Notes: a model not told the origin generated them from the sequence alone. Counted from the first letter of the stretch, positions 44,520-55,195 are shown. The stretch is DNA of 64,000 bases from Oscillospiraceae bacterium (GCA_031549265.1 JAVBQB010000003.1:20400-84399); one strand, 5' to 3'. A program made the numbers and translations.

Positions 44520-47057
44520 TCAGAGCCGGTTGATTTCGTCTTGCAGCCCGCGCCGCAGAGCCTCGATCCGGTCGAGCGCGGTTTCGCAGTCAAACGCCGA
44601 CAAGCTGTCCGTAACCGCGTCAACAGCCGCGTCGAGCTTTTCCCCGAACCGGACGCCCGAAAACCTGCCCATCAGCTCGATCGCCGCCTCCGGGTCGAAA
44701 TCCGCCGTGACCCGCGCGAGTTCGGGCAGCGCCTCCAGCAGCCCGGTCAGACGCGCCCGCGACATATTCTTCGCCTCCAGCACCACAGCGAGCCGCTTTT
44801 GCAGCCACAGCGCCTTTTCCCGGAAGTCCGGATACGTCTCCCGGCAAAACTGCATATTGCCAGACTTCGAGCTGTGCTCCAGCTCCTCGGCGGAGGCGGC
44901 GAGCGTTCTGCTGCCGAGTGTCTTCAGCGTGCTTTTCAGACTGTGAACCTCGACGGTAAACGGCTTGGCGTCGTCCGTGTTTTCGATATACCTGTCCAGC
45001 TTTTCGACCGAGGTTGCGATGAACCGGGGCGCGGCCGAGATCAACCCTTCCAGAACCTCGGCGAATCCGCCGGAATTCTTGAACGCTTTTTCGAGGTCAA
45101 TTTCCCCGATATCCTCAATCGCGCCGGCAAAGACCGGATCAAGTCCGTGGCGGCGGGCGGGAGCTTCGGCTTGCCGCGCGTCACAGGGCTCACCGACGCT
45201 TTCTGGCGGTTCGCCGCCTGCCGACACGGGGTTTTCCGAGCGCGCGCTGCCGGTAAATGGCGGCGTTACCGCGAAGGGGCTGGCGGGCAATTCGCCGTGG
45301 ACGCCGCTTGCCTTACCGCTAGCTTTTATATTTATGACCCCCGTTTCCATATTCGAGCCGATATTTGCGTTGAAATTCTTGGATGACAGCCAGAGCGAGA
45401 GCGTTTTCGCTATGTGGACCAGAATGTACTCCTCGCGGGCTGCGATAAAGCCCTCGTCGCCGGAGCTTTCGAGGACTATGAACCCCTTGAGCCTCGGCTC
45501 AAAATGGAGCGGAAGGAAATAGCCGGTCTGCGTTTGCTCCATCAGAAAGTCGATTCCCCTTTCGGTGACCAGGTAGCGGTTCAGGCACAGAATTTCCTTC
45601 CCTGACAGCATGGCCTCGATCTCCGCTCCGGACTGTATAAACTGCCGCGCAAGGCTGCCCGGCTCACGGAATCCGTAGTTTTTTTCATAGCAGGAGATCA
45701 GCTCCGCGCTTCCGTCGGTGAAATGGGCGATCGACGTGCGCAGTAAGTTGAACCGCTTGGTAAACATGATTGCGATGCTGTTGAACGCGTCCTCCACGCT
45801 GTTTGCGTCCTGCAGCAGCAGCGCCATTTCCGACTGGATGGCGAACTGCACCTGAAGGCTCTTCTGTGCCATATTGCTCACCCTAAGCTGCTCGACAATC
45901 CTGTGCAGCGACCTGGACAGCACACCAATTGTCTTATCATTTTTGACCGAGACCTCGAAATTGGCGTTCAGGTTGCCGCTCGCTATCTCGTCAGCGGTGT
46001 TTATAAGTACATCGATGGGGTGCAGCAGCCTTCTCGTGACAAAATACGCAAAGAGCGAGGTCAGGGCGATAACAGCCGCAAAGACGACGATCAGCGTAAC
46101 GACGATAGGCCGCACACCCGCGTATGCGGCATCAATTTGCAGCGCGATGAACACGATAATTCCCGACTGGCTGGGCATGTAATACCCGTAACTTCTGCCG
46201 GGCAGCATGTCTGACTTCAGATTGCTGAGAAAGAGCGGCCTCATTTCCGAAAACGCGCGGTTGATTTCATCCAGATTAGTAAAATTCATACTGTGCAGGC
46301 AGGCGTCGATGAATTCCGGGCTGGTGGCCGACAGAATCCGGCAGTCCGGCGAAAACAGGGCGGCAACCGCGTCTCCCAGCCCCTCCACATCGAGAGTCAT
46401 TTCATCCAGGCGCACATCGGCGCCGGCGCATCCGATTATTCGTCCGTCCCTCGTGACCGGAGCGACGATTGTCAGCGAATAGCGGTAGTCGGCGGAGTCG
46501 CGCGTGCTGCCGATCCTCACCCTCGGCGCTATGATATCGAAGTATATCTTGCCGGTTTCTTTCGCGCTGTTGTAATACGGGTAGAGCATCCGGTTGTCGA
46601 TCTCGTCCTCCAAAATGTCCGCCTCGACCGCGATCTTGCCGCCGAGGTCGACATATGACCTGATAAACCTGCCGGACGGCGCGCCGGGATAATCCTCCCC
46701 GTGCCTTTCATCCCTGCCATCGAACGCGCCGGGATCAAAGGCCAGCCAGACCTTGTGTATATCGTCGTTTTCGAACATCGAGCGTATCGCCTTGTCGCAC
46801 CTGCCGCGCGCGAAAGCGTCGTCCGGGTCCACGCTCTCGATCGCGAAGACGGTGGAAAGCAGCGTCAGCTTAACGCCCTTAACGATCCCGTCATACTTTT
46901 GCGCATACGTCTGCGCGACGCTTTGCAGCTTCTGCCTGGTCTCGTTTTCGACGTTTTTATGCACTGTGTCCAGCAGATAAAAGAACACCACAAACGTGAT
47001 CGCGAAAATAGGCAGCAGTATCGCTAAATGAAACTTCCGCGCGATCAAACTTTTCAT
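44520..47057 (-). CDS. transmembrane sensor-Hpt protein: TM, dCache-like, TM, HAMP, GAF-like, Pro-rich linker, Hpt; no kinase core
   Basis: ATG after GGAGGT. Cache-like VTRDGRIIGCAGADVRLDEM. HAMP LLHPIDVLINTADEIASGNLNANF. GAF-like GYFLPLHFEPRLKGFIVLESS. Hpt motif VEVHSLKSTLKTLGSRTLAASAEELE, with His705 encoded at 44943-44945. I see no H-box, N-box or G-box anywhere in the 845 aa. Confidence 0.85.
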   Translation of the reverse strand: MKSLIARKFHLAILLPIFAITFVVFFYLLDTVHKNVENETRQKLQSVAQTYAQKYDGIVKGVKLTLLSTVFAIESVDPDDAFARGRCDKAIRSMFENDDIHKVWLAFDPGAFDGRDERHGEDYPGAPSGRFIRSYVDLGGKIAVEADILEDEIDNRMLYPYYNSAKETGKIYFDIIAPRVRIGSTRDSADYRYSLTIVAPVTRDGRIIGCAGADVRLDEMTLDVEGLGDAVAALFSPDCRILSATSPEFIDACLHSMNFTNLDEINRAFSEMRPLFLSNLKSDMLPGRSYGYYMPSQSGIIVFIALQIDAAYAGVRPIVVTLIVVFAAVIALTSLFAYFVTRRLLHPIDVLINTADEIASGNLNANFEVSVKNDKTIGVLSRSLHRIVEQLRVSNMAQKSLQVQFAIQSEMALLLQDANSVEDAFNSIAIMFTKRFNLLRTSIAHFTDGSAELISCYEKNYGFREPGSLARQFIQSGAEIEAMLSGKEILCLNRYLVTERGIDFLMEQTQTGYFLPLHFEPRLKGFIVLESSGDEGFIAAREEYILVHIAKTLSLWLSSKNFNANIGSNMETGVINIKASGKASGVHGELPASPFAVTPPFTGSARSENPVSAGGEPPESVGEPCDARQAEAPARRHGLDPVFAGAIEDIGEIDLEKAFKNSGGFAEVLEGLISAAPRFIATSVEKLDRYIENTDDAKPFTVEVHSLKSTLKTLGSRTLAASAEELEHSSKSGNMQFCRETYPDFREKALWLQKRLAVVLEAKNMSRARLTGLLEALPELARVTADFDPEAAIELMGRFSGVRFGEKLDAAVDAVTDSLSAFDCETALDRIEALRRGLQDEINRL

Positions 47058-47130
47058 TTGACCTCCACTCGTTGCGCCTCAACCGGTTGTTTGGGGCACT
47101 CTGAAAAAAATGCCCCTTATCAGCGCGCAC

Positions 47131-50100
47131 TCATTCGCCCGCCCGCTTTGCCAAGCCTCCGGCTCTGTCATAATCGAATTCAGACATCGCCTCTTGTATC
47201 TCCAGCAGGAGTCCGTTCTTTTTTGCGCCGAAATCATATCCGGCGAGCCCGCTGATTATCTCCTCGGCTTTGTCAATAGAGTAGTTCTCCAGCTCCGAGG
47301 TCAGATCAGCCAGCGCCGATTTGAAAAACTCCGGATCACCCTGTTTTTTCTCGCGGCGTTCACCGGCTCCCGGCGCACTCACGGCAAAAACGCTGAGCTG
47401 GCTGCCCAGCTCTGTAAGCCGCTCTAGGAACACCGGCAGCCTCGCGATGGCCTCATCCAGCCGGTCAGCCTTGGATGTCTCCTCGATCTCGCGCGCCGCC
47501 GCGGCCAGGGCCACTGCCCCGAGGTTATCCAGCGCGCCCTTTATGCCGTGGATTTCGGTGATAAAGTTCTTTTTATCACGGGCTTCGGCAGCGTCGCTGA
47601 GCCTCTGGATGACCGACGGGATTATCTTGGCCAGCATTTTCAGCGACTCGCAGTAAATGTCTGTCTGGTTTTCTATGCGGCGCAGGCCGAGCTCCGCGTC
47701 CAGCTCCGGAATTATTGACAGCCTGTCCAGCAGCGATTCGAATTCCGGGTCGGCGGGCTCGGCAAGTGACTGGCCGCCCGCTTTGACCGAGGTAATCTTT
47801 TCAGGCGGCAGCCATTTCTGAAGTATCCTGACAAGCTCCCTTTTGTCGATGGGCTTTTTGAGGAAGTCGTTCATTCCGGCTTCGAGCAGCATCATTTTCG
47901 CTTCCTCGAAAGCGTTTGCGGTCAGCGCGACAATTACGGTGTCCTCCTTCGCGTAGCCCCGCTCGCGCAGTATCTTCACGGCCTCGGCGCCGTCCATCTT
48001 CGGCATCATGTGATCCATAAACACGATGTCGTAATGCTTGGCCTCGATCATGCTGATGGCCTCGGCGCCGCTGCTCGCCGTCTCGCACTCGATGTCACAC
48101 AGGCGGAGCAGGCCGGACGATACGTTCAGGTTGATTTCGTTGTCGTCCACAACCAGGATATTGGCGTCCGGCGCCGAGACAAACGCGAAGTCGTCGTCCG
48201 CCAGGGAGAAAATGGATTCGTCGCCGGGCATATACGGCGCGGATACGTGAAAAGCGGAGCCCTTGCCGTATTCGCTCTCCACCCACAGGCTGCCGCCCAT
48301 GCATTTGATGATGTTGCGGCTGATCGCGAGGCCGAGCCCTGTGCCCTGAATATTCTTGTTGGCGTGCTGGTCGAGCTGTTGAAACGCGTCGAACAGCTTG
48401 CCGATGTCCTCTTCCTTGATTCCTATGCCGGTGTCGTAAACGTCGAACAGCAGCAGGCCATTGTGTTCGGACACCTCCATTACGACATGGCCCTCAGAGG
48501 TGAACTTCACGGCGTTGCTGAGCAGGTTGACCAGTACCTGGCGCAGGCGGGTCTCGTCGCCGTAAATGCAGGTCGGCAGCTCGGTTTTTTCGATCAGCTT
48601 GAACTCGACGTTCTTCTGGTTGACCGAATACTCGATGAATGAGCGGAGATTGTCCAGCAGGTCGCGCAGTCTGAAGTCGGAGCACACCAGCTCAAACTTG
48701 CCGGACTCGATTTTCGATATGTCGAGTATGTCGTTGATCAGCGTCAGCAGCGACTCTGCCGAGACCTTTATGTCGTAGGCGTACCGGCGCTGCCGCGTCG
48801 TCAGGTTCTCGACCAGCAGCAGCTCGGACATGCCGATTATGGCGTTCATGGGCGTCCGTATCTCGTGGGACATGTTGGCGAGGAACAGCGACTTCGCCTT
48901 GGCGGCGTGCTCGGCGCGCACTGTCATCTGCATCAGCTCGGCCGTCCGCTCGTCGACGCACCGCGACAGGTTTTTCTCCAGCTGGTCGCGCTCGAGGCCC
49001 AGCTGCCGCCTGTTGAGCAGGTTGGACAGCATGCCGCCGATATTGCCGAAAAGCTCCTCGTCGGTATGGGTAAAGCGCCGTCCGCCGTCGAGATCGATCA
49101 TCGCGAGGTATCCGCAGTAGCTGTCAAACTCGGTCAGCGGAACGAGGCATGCTTTTGCCGTTTCGGCGTTCAGCTCCAGCTCCGCGATCTGAGCCGGGCT
49201 CAGCTCGAGAATCCTGGTGTGGCTTGTCTCGATCGCCGAGGTCAGCCGGTCGACCAGGCGCGTATGCTTCATCGGCAGGAATTCGCGGGTCGCGGCCTTT
49301 TGCCAGAAGGCGACCAGCGACGGCTGTTCGTGCGAAATATGCACGATAAATACGATCGAAAACCCGAGCAGCTGGCCGGTGCTCTCCGCCGCCGCCTGAA
49401 ACGCGTCGTCCAGGTCGAGCTTGCTCTGAATTGTGCTGAGCACGCTGTTATAAACCATCAGCTCGCTGGAAATCTGGCGCTCAATCTCAAGAGAATCATT
49501 GAGCTGCACCACCATTCGCTTGATCGCGCCTGCGAGCATCCCGATCTCGCCCTGCTTTTCGGAAGCAAAATCGAACTCGCCGATATCCACGCCGCCCTCG
49601 GTCGCGATCCTGTCCGCCGCCTCGGCAATCCGCTTTACCGGGTCGGTTATCCTCCGCGCCGTGATGAAATTCGCGATTATCAGCGTCAGGCATCCGAAAA
49701 TGAAGATGAGAACAGTTATCATCGCGAGGTTCAGCCCCGGAGAGTAGAGCACCATGTCGTCCAGAATATTGCAGAACGACCAGTATGTGTTCAGAGCCGG
49801 GATTTTTACCGGATAGAGGCTGACAATAAAGGTATTGGTTTTGGTTTTGTAGTTGCCGACCTGGAACAGCCGCTCGTGGTTTTCAACAGCCTTTACAACC
49901 CCGGCAGGGCTTACAAATCCGATATCGCTTACTTTCTTGTCATAAAACTGGGCGTCGTTGGCAAAGGCGACGTAGCCGTCCTCCTGGAACAGAATATATT
50001 TCCCGCCGATCGTGTTAAGGGTGCTTATCATTTCACATTGGGTGGAAAAAGAAATGTCAACGCCAACGCAGCCGATGATTTTCCCGTCGCGGGTAATCGG

Positions 50101-50685
50101 GGCGGCGATGGAGTTAACATACTTTTTTGCGCGGCTGTCTTTATAGTCGTGGAATTCCGGGCGCAGGACCGCCATCTTGCCGGTCGTCAGCGGCAGGTAG
50201 TACCACTTGGTATCCGGCTTGTCGAGCTTGCTTTCGTCGACGTCATAGACCTCGGCCGGCTGCCCGTCCTTCATAATATACGATTTGTTGAACCTGCCGG
50301 ACATGCTGTTGCGCTGAATTCCGGCAAAATCGGCATCGCGCCCGTCGAACGCGTCCGGCTCGAAAGCGATCCACACGTTGTACGAATGGTCGACCGAGCG
50401 CAGCATACCGCTGACGATGTCCTCTACCTTCGCGCGGGAGGAAGCTTCGTCGTGCGGGTATGCGGAGATGATCTCGGAGACCTGATTCAGTGTATTGCAG
50501 GCGTTTGAGAGCACGCCGCTGAAATGCTCCGCCACTTTTTCGGCGGAGTATTCGAGCTGCCTGCGAACCGAGTCTCCGGCGAACGTGACTACCATATAAC
50601 AGAGGGAGGCCAGCATAATAATGAAAAAAATCACAGTCGGAACCAGCGTTCCCAGAAATACTTTGCTGAGAATTGTATTTTTCAT
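47131..50685 (-). CDS. unorthodox hybrid sensor kinase: TM, dCache-like, TM, HAMP, GAF, HisKA, HATPase_c, receiver, Hpt
   Basis: ATG at 50685 after GTGAGGA (the ORF opens at TTG 50706). Cache-like [42 protein letters not shown]-box [20 protein letters not shown]-boxes DTGIGI and [25 protein letters not shown]...[11 protein letters not shown]...KKPID. Hpt [27 protein letters not shown]. Confidence 0.9.
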   Translation of the reverse strand: MKNTILSKVFLGTLVPTVIFFIIMLASLCYMVVTFAGDSVRRQLEYSAEKVAEHFSGVLSNACNTLNQVSEIISAYPHDEASSRAKVEDIVSGMLRSVDHSYNVWIAFEPDAFDGRDADFAGIQRNSMSGRFNKSYIMKDGQPAEVYDVDESKLDKPDTKWYYLPLTTGKMAVLRPEFHDYKDSRAKKYVNSIAAPITRDGKIIGCVGVDISFSTQCEMISTLNTIGGKYILFQEDGYVAFANDAQFYDKKVSDIGFVSPAGVVKAVENHERLFQVGNYKTKTNTFIVSLYPVKIPALNTYWSFCNILDDMVLYSPGLNLAMITVLIFIFGCLTLIIANFITARRITDPVKRIAEAADRIATEGGVDIGEFDFASEKQGEIGMLAGAIKRMVVQLNDSLEIERQISSELMVYNSVLSTIQSKLDLDDAFQAAAESTGQLLGFSIVFIVHISHEQPSLVAFWQKAATREFLPMKHTRLVDRLTSAIETSHTRILELSPAQIAELELNAETAKACLVPLTEFDSYCGYLAMIDLDGGRRFTHTDEELFGNIGGMLSNLLNRRQLGLERDQLEKNLSRCVDERTAELMQMTVRAEHAAKAKSLFLANMSHEIRTPMNAIIGMSELLLVENLTTRQRRYAYDIKVSAESLLTLINDILDISKIESGKFELVCSDFRLRDLLDNLRSFIEYSVNQKNVEFKLIEKTELPTCIYGDETRLRQVLVNLLSNAVKFTSEGHVVMEVSEHNGLLLFDVYDTGIGIKEEDIGKLFDAFQQLDQHANKNIQGTGLGLAISRNIIKCMGGSLWVESEYGKGSAFHVSAPYMPGDESIFSLADDDFAFVSAPDANILVVDDNEINLNVSSGLLRLCDIECETASSGAEAISMIEAKHYDIVFMDHMMPKMDGAEAVKILRERGYAKEDTVIVALTANAFEEAKMMLLEAGMNDFLKKPIDKRELVRILQKWLPPEKITSVKAGGQSLAEPADPEFESLLDRLSIIPELDAELGLRRIENQTDIYCESLKMLAKIIPSVIQRLSDAAEARDKKNFITEIHGIKGALDNLGAVALAAAAREIEETSKADRLDEAIARLPVFLERLTELGSQLSVFAVSAPGAGERREKKQGDPEFFKSALADLTSELENYSIDKAEEIISGLAGYDFGAKKNGLLLEIQEAMSEFDYDRAGGLAKRAGE

Positions 50686-50762
50686 ATCATCCTCACCACA
50701 GGTCAAGCCCCGACCGCCGACGGCGGAAAGTCAGCCGCTTGAGTCTCCGGCCGGCAAAGGTA

Positions 50763-51902
50763 TCAATAGAATCCTTTGGCCAGCATTTCAAATTGCTTTT
50801 CGACTGTCAGAAAAACCTCCACAAGACTCGGGTCAAACGAGTATCCCGAGTCCTTTTCGATCAGCTTAACCGACATTTCGTGGCTGATCTCGCCCTTATA
50901 CGGCCGGTGTGACCGGAGCGCGTCGTACACGTCGGCTATGGCGAGCACCCGCGCCATAAACGGGATGTCCTCGCCGGCAAGCCCGTCAGGATAGCCCTCG
51001 CCCGACCATTTCTCGTGGTGGCTGCGCGCCATTGTCAGCGCGTGCTTCAGGAAGATATTGTCATGCGCGAAGCGGATTGCCTCCGATATGGAATCCGCGC
51101 CGAACAGCGTGTGCGCCGGCATCGCCTCAAGTTCCTGCGGCGACAGCATGGACTTGATTATCGAATCGGCTCCCTGGTTTGTGTGGGTCTTTATGCTGTC
51201 AAATTCGTCCGAGGTCAGCTTGCCGGGTTTGAGCAGGATGTGGTCGGGGATCGCAATTTTTCCGACGTCGTGCAGCTTGGACGACAAGACGATGGCGGGA
51301 ATGTCCTCGACTTCGATCCCCTCCGCCTTGTTCGCGTTAAACAGCGCGTCCAGCAATATTTCAACGTACTGCGAGACTCTGATTGTGTGCCCTCCGGTAT
51401 AGCCGTCCCGCTTCTGGATAAGGTCCGAAACCGTATGTATGATGGCGAACTGGAGCTGGAGTATGTTCTGCGTCTTTTCGTCGACCAGCGATTGCAGATT
51501 GTTCGCGTACCCCGCGAGCTCTTTTTTCTGGCTCAGCATGGTCAGATGGATTTCCACCCGCTTTTTGAGCAGCTCGGGATGGATTGGCTTCACGATGTAG
51601 TCGACCGCGCCGATTGACAGGCCGTCGACCTCAGTCTCCACCTCGTTTGCCGCCGTGAGGAAAATGATGGGTATTTCGGCCAGGTTGCCGTCGCTTTTCA
51701 GAGTTTTCGCGAGCTGGAACCCGTCCACATCCGGCATATTGACGTCAAGCAGAATGAGGTCGGGAAGCTCGCTGAGCTTGCCCAGCACTTTCAGCGCCAT
51801 CGCTCCCGAAGGCACCGGAACCACGGTATACGATTTTTCCAGCACCTTTTTTGCGAGAGTAAGATTAATTACGTTATCATCAACGATCATTATCCTGCTC
51901 AT
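50763..51902 (-). CDS. response regulator with HD-GYP c-di-GMP phosphodiesterase domain (RpfG-like)
   Basis: ATG after GAGGTG. REC IMIVDDNVINL...LLDVNMPDVDG...VKPI. HD-GYP motifs GGHTIRVSQY, HDVGKIAIPD, HHEKWSGEGYPDGL. Confidence 0.9.
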   Translation of the reverse strand: MSRIMIVDDNVINLTLAKKVLEKSYTVVPVPSGAMALKVLGKLSELPDLILLDVNMPDVDGFQLAKTLKSDGNLAEIPIIFLTAANEVETEVDGLSIGAVDYIVKPIHPELLKKRVEIHLTMLSQKKELAGYANNLQSLVDEKTQNILQLQFAIIHTVSDLIQKRDGYTGGHTIRVSQYVEILLDALFNANKAEGIEVEDIPAIVLSSKLHDVGKIAIPDHILLKPGKLTSDEFDSIKTHTNQGADSIIKSMLSPQELEAMPAHTLFGADSISEAIRFAHDNIFLKHALTMARSHHEKWSGEGYPDGLAGEDIPFMARVLAIADVYDALRSHRPYKGEISHEMSVKLIEKDSGYSFDPSLVEVFLTVEKQFEMLAKGFY

Positions 51903-52092
51903 GCGGAAAACACCTCTGGTTTCGTCTTTTATTATGTTATGGGTAGCAATATATACAGCAATAGTATATTAGCATACAAGAATTTAAAAATCCATCATTT
52001 TTCACACGAATTTCATCAGAATACGACATAATATTGAGCCGCTTTCGAACCATTCGATTATTGTGTACTATTTTCGTAGATGTTGCTCAATC

Positions 52093-52121
52093 TTGATTAT
52101 TTTGACTTGTTCATTTATAAT
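52093..52121 (+). promoter_or_regulatory. candidate promoter for the surface-protein genes
   Basis: TTGATT (52093-52098), 17-nt spacer, TATAAT (52116-52121), 138 nt upstream of the ATG at 52259. Confidence 0.5.
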
Positions 52122-52258
52122 ATATAAGACTTTTCAATTTGATCCGGACGCACTGTCCCGAATACGGGTTCGCGTCATCAGCTTTTTGTCAGCACGGCAG
52201 CGTTTTTTGCGCGAATCTGCGCCACCGTGCCCGATTATATTTACTTTTGGAGCTTGAA

Positions 52259-53032
52259 ATGAAAAAATTCTTTAGCGTATTGCCTGTGCTTCTTTGTTTT
52301 ATCTTGCTTGCGGGCTGCTTCGGCCCTCCGTCCGACCCGCCTCCTACCAAACCACCGGCGCTTGACGAGGTTTCTGCATCGCCTGACGCCGAAGCCCCGG
52401 CCTCCCCGGACGCCGATGTCTCCTCCGCCTCTCCCGCAGATGAGGAAAAACCCTCTCCGGAGGACGCGAGCCCGTCCCCCGCGGATACCGGCAACGCTCC
52501 GTCAACAGCAGACACCGGCGACAAAACAGGCGCAGATACCGGGGATACTCCGACCGTGTCCGACCCGCCTCCGGAAAGTTCCGCTCCGAACGAATCCGCC
52601 CCTCCCGCGGACTCTCCCTCGCCCGCTCCGACTCATTACACGTTTACCGTGCCGGACGGATGGGTATCCGCCAATATCGAAAACGGAAAATCGCTGACGA
52701 ATCCCTCGATTCCGGGCGCTGAAATCAGGATTACCAGATACGGGGGCGAGGGTGATCAATTCAACTCCAGCAACTTCAAAAACTGCCTCAGCAGGCATCC
52801 CGAAATATCCGACAAAAGGGTCGCTGGGTTTTTCACCTATAGAATGGACGGCGTGGCGTTCAACAGCTTTAATTTCACCGGCGACATCCAGGGCCGCGAG
52901 ATCGGCGGCAGTTCCTTTTGGATTAGGCTGGGCGACGATCTTCTGATCTGCGACGGAATTGCGCCGGTCAAAAACCAGGATTTGGTCGGCGACGCCGTCT
53001 CCGCCATTCTGTATTCCAGCAAGTTCCAATGA
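52259..53032 (+). CDS. lipoprotein with Pro/Ser/Asp/Ala-rich low-complexity linker
   Basis: ATG at 52259. Lipobox FILLAGCFG. About 110 aa of P/S/A/D-rich sequence, then a globular C-terminal domain with no recognised family. Confidence 0.7.
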   Translation: MKKFFSVLPVLLCFILLAGCFGPPSDPPPTKPPALDEVSASPDAEAPASPDADVSSASPADEEKPSPEDASPSPADTGNAPSTADTGDKTGADTGDTPTVSDPPPESSAPNESAPPADSPSPAPTHYTFTVPDGWVSANIENGKSLTNPSIPGAEIRITRYGGEGDQFNSSNFKNCLSRHPEISDKRVAGFFTYRMDGVAFNSFNFTGDIQGREIGGSSFWIRLGDDLLICDGIAPVKNQDLVGDAVSAILYSSKFQ

Positions 53033-53076
53033 GCGCGAAGCTGAATGGGTAAAAACTAAATACTTGGGGTGGGTTA

Positions 53077-54744
53077 ATGAAAAAGCTATCGTCCTTTGTT
53101 CTGGCCTTCGCGATGCTGGCGGCGCTCTTGCCGACGGGCACCAGAGCGCTCGCCGCCGATACCGTCTGGCAGTCCTCCAAGAGCGTGTCCTTCCCCGGAG
53201 GCAGCAGAACGGTCACCGCCGTGTACATAAACACTAGCGACAAGACGCTGATGGTCGACGCCGTGTTCGCCGGCGGCCAGATCGGCAGCACCGCCAGCCT
53301 CAGCGCGATGGCCGAGACAAAGAACACCGGCGGCCGCCAGGTTGTCGCCGCCATAAACGGCACTTTTTTCGACGCCTATGTTAAAAGCGGGCCCAAGCTG
53401 CCCTTTGGCACCATTGAGTCCGGCGGCAGGCTGGTCTACGCCAACGACGCTCCGACCTTCGCCTTCAGCTCGGCAGCAGGGCCGATGATCTCTTACGCCT
53501 GCCCCAAGATCACCGGCAGAGTCTACAACACCGGCAACGACGGCCAGAAAACGCTGGAATGGAAGAACGAAACGGTCAACAGCCTCTACAGTAAGGATCA
53601 GGGACACGCGGTTTTCACGACGGCATACGGCAAGACCACCGGCCCGCACAACATGACCTCGTATGTGGTCAGAAACGGCGTTATAACCGAGAAAATACAG
53701 GGCGAGGCTCCGATATACGCGGACGGTTACACCATCGTAACCAACTACGCGTGGAACATCAGCGACATCTACAAGGTCGGCTGCAGGATAGATATGGAGA
53801 TCAAAAGCTACGACCGCGGCGGCAATCCGCTCGGCGACGACTGGGACAGCGCCGAAACCATGCTGGGCGTCGGCCCGACGCTGGTGCGCGGCGGGAATAT
53901 TATCGCCGACCCGGCCGCCGAGGGCTTTTCCGAGGGCAAAATCGCGACTGGAGCCGGACAGCGCAGCTTCATCGGGTATACAAAGGACAAAATTCTCGTT
54001 ATGGGCACGGTTCCGAACGTTACGATCAAACAGCTGGCGCAGGTCGCCCAGAGTATGGGACTGACCGACGCTATGAACCTCGACGGCGGCGCTTCATCCG
54101 GCCTTTACTACAACGGCAAGTACGTGACCAGCCCGGGCAGGGATCTCAGCAACTGCCTGGTCGTCACAAGGGGCGCGGCACCGGCTCCTCCTCCCGACAA
54201 CGGCGCGGTTCCGTCCTCCTGGGCAAAAGCTGAGATCGACGCCGCCATTGCCCGCGGACTTGTCCCCGCCGAGCTTCAGTCCCGCTATAGGGACAATATT
54301 ACGCGGCTGGACTTTTGCCACTTGCTCGGACAGGCTATCGAGGTGAAAACCAGCCGTTCGCTGCGGGAGCTTTCGGACTCATACGCTTCCCCGCAGGCTC
54401 CGCTCACTTTCTCCGACACGATGGACGAAAGCGTCGGTTATCTCAGCCGGATGGCGATTGTATCGGGCTATCCCGATGGGCGTTTTGGTCCTAGCGACCA
54501 AATTGAGCGCCAGCAAGCCGCGAAGATACTGGCCGTCACCGCCGCCGCCGTCAATGGATCTTCAACCAGCGGTTTTGCGCCCGCTTTCGCGGATAACTCG
54601 AATATCGCGGCCTGGGCGCTGCCGTTCGTCGGCTACGTCTCAAGCTCCGGCATCATGAAGGGCCTGGACGGCAACCGCTTCGACCCGACCGGCAAATACA
54701 CCCGCGAGCAGTCGGTCATTACCGTGCTGAGGCTGCTCGGCTGA
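53077..54744 (+). CDS. phosphodiester glycosidase (NAGPA/DUF2233) family protein with C-terminal SLH repeats
   Basis: Signal peptide MKKLSSFVLAFAMLAALLPTGTRALA. NAGPA-type core ending in AMNLDGGASSGLYYNGKY. SLH repeats FSDTMDESVGYLSRMAIVSGYPDGRFGP and FADNSNIAAWALPFVGYVSSSGIMKGLDGNRFDP. Confidence 0.8.
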   Translation: MKKLSSFVLAFAMLAALLPTGTRALAADTVWQSSKSVSFPGGSRTVTAVYINTSDKTLMVDAVFAGGQIGSTASLSAMAETKNTGGRQVVAAINGTFFDAYVKSGPKLPFGTIESGGRLVYANDAPTFAFSSAAGPMISYACPKITGRVYNTGNDGQKTLEWKNETVNSLYSKDQGHAVFTTAYGKTTGPHNMTSYVVRNGVITEKIQGEAPIYADGYTIVTNYAWNISDIYKVGCRIDMEIKSYDRGGNPLGDDWDSAETMLGVGPTLVRGGNIIADPAAEGFSEGKIATGAGQRSFIGYTKDKILVMGTVPNVTIKQLAQVAQSMGLTDAMNLDGGASSGLYYNGKYVTSPGRDLSNCLVVTRGAAPAPPPDNGAVPSSWAKAEIDAAIARGLVPAELQSRYRDNITRLDFCHLLGQAIEVKTSRSLRELSDSYASPQAPLTFSDTMDESVGYLSRMAIVSGYPDGRFGPSDQIERQQAAKILAVTAAAVNGSSTSGFAPAFADNSNIAAWALPFVGYVSSSGIMKGLDGNRFDPTGKYTREQSVITVLRLLG

Positions 54745-54801
54745 CCGCCGTGACTTCCGAATGCAGCTCCCCTTCGCCAGCCATCCGGCATTAACGCTAT
54801 T

Positions 54802-54860
54802 CTCCGCCGATTAGTCTGTACGGACGTCATGTCCGGTTGACTGCCGGCGGAGTTTTTTTT
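54802..54860 (+). terminator. rho-independent terminator
   Basis: CTCCGCCG (54802-54809) pairs with CGGCGGAG (54845-54852), with an internal hairpin, followed by T8 (54853-54860). Confidence 0.65.
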
Positions 54861-55124
54861 GCCGACTAACCGTCCGGGCAGTCTCGGTTTGCCATGCGTT
54901 ATAGGTGCCGCAACGCCGTTATTGCCGTGACTTCGCCGCTCTGCCGTGATAAGCGGCTGCCGCACTGCCCGTACACGTATGGCTCGTCAGTGACCACAGG
55001 GCGGCGGTGTGCGCTTGGGTGCCCCATCACGGGCACTCACCAGTCATAAACACACGCGACCCGCGCGGCAGCGCTGCATTAGCGCCCGCCTCCGGTCATC
55101 GGCCTATCCCCCCCTGCGCGACTT

Positions 55125-55164
55125 AAAAAGGAGCCCCGGCCTTTCGGCTCGGAGCTCCTTTTTT
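55125..55164. terminator. bidirectional terminator
   Basis: AAAAA - GGAGCCCCGGCC - TTTC - GGCTCGGAGCTCC - TTTTTT. The stem is about 12 bp with one mismatch and one bulge. It lies 30 nt past the minus-strand stop at 55196. Confidence 0.7.
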
Positions 55165-55195
55165 GAGAGGCAACAATTATTTCATTTAGTTAGAA

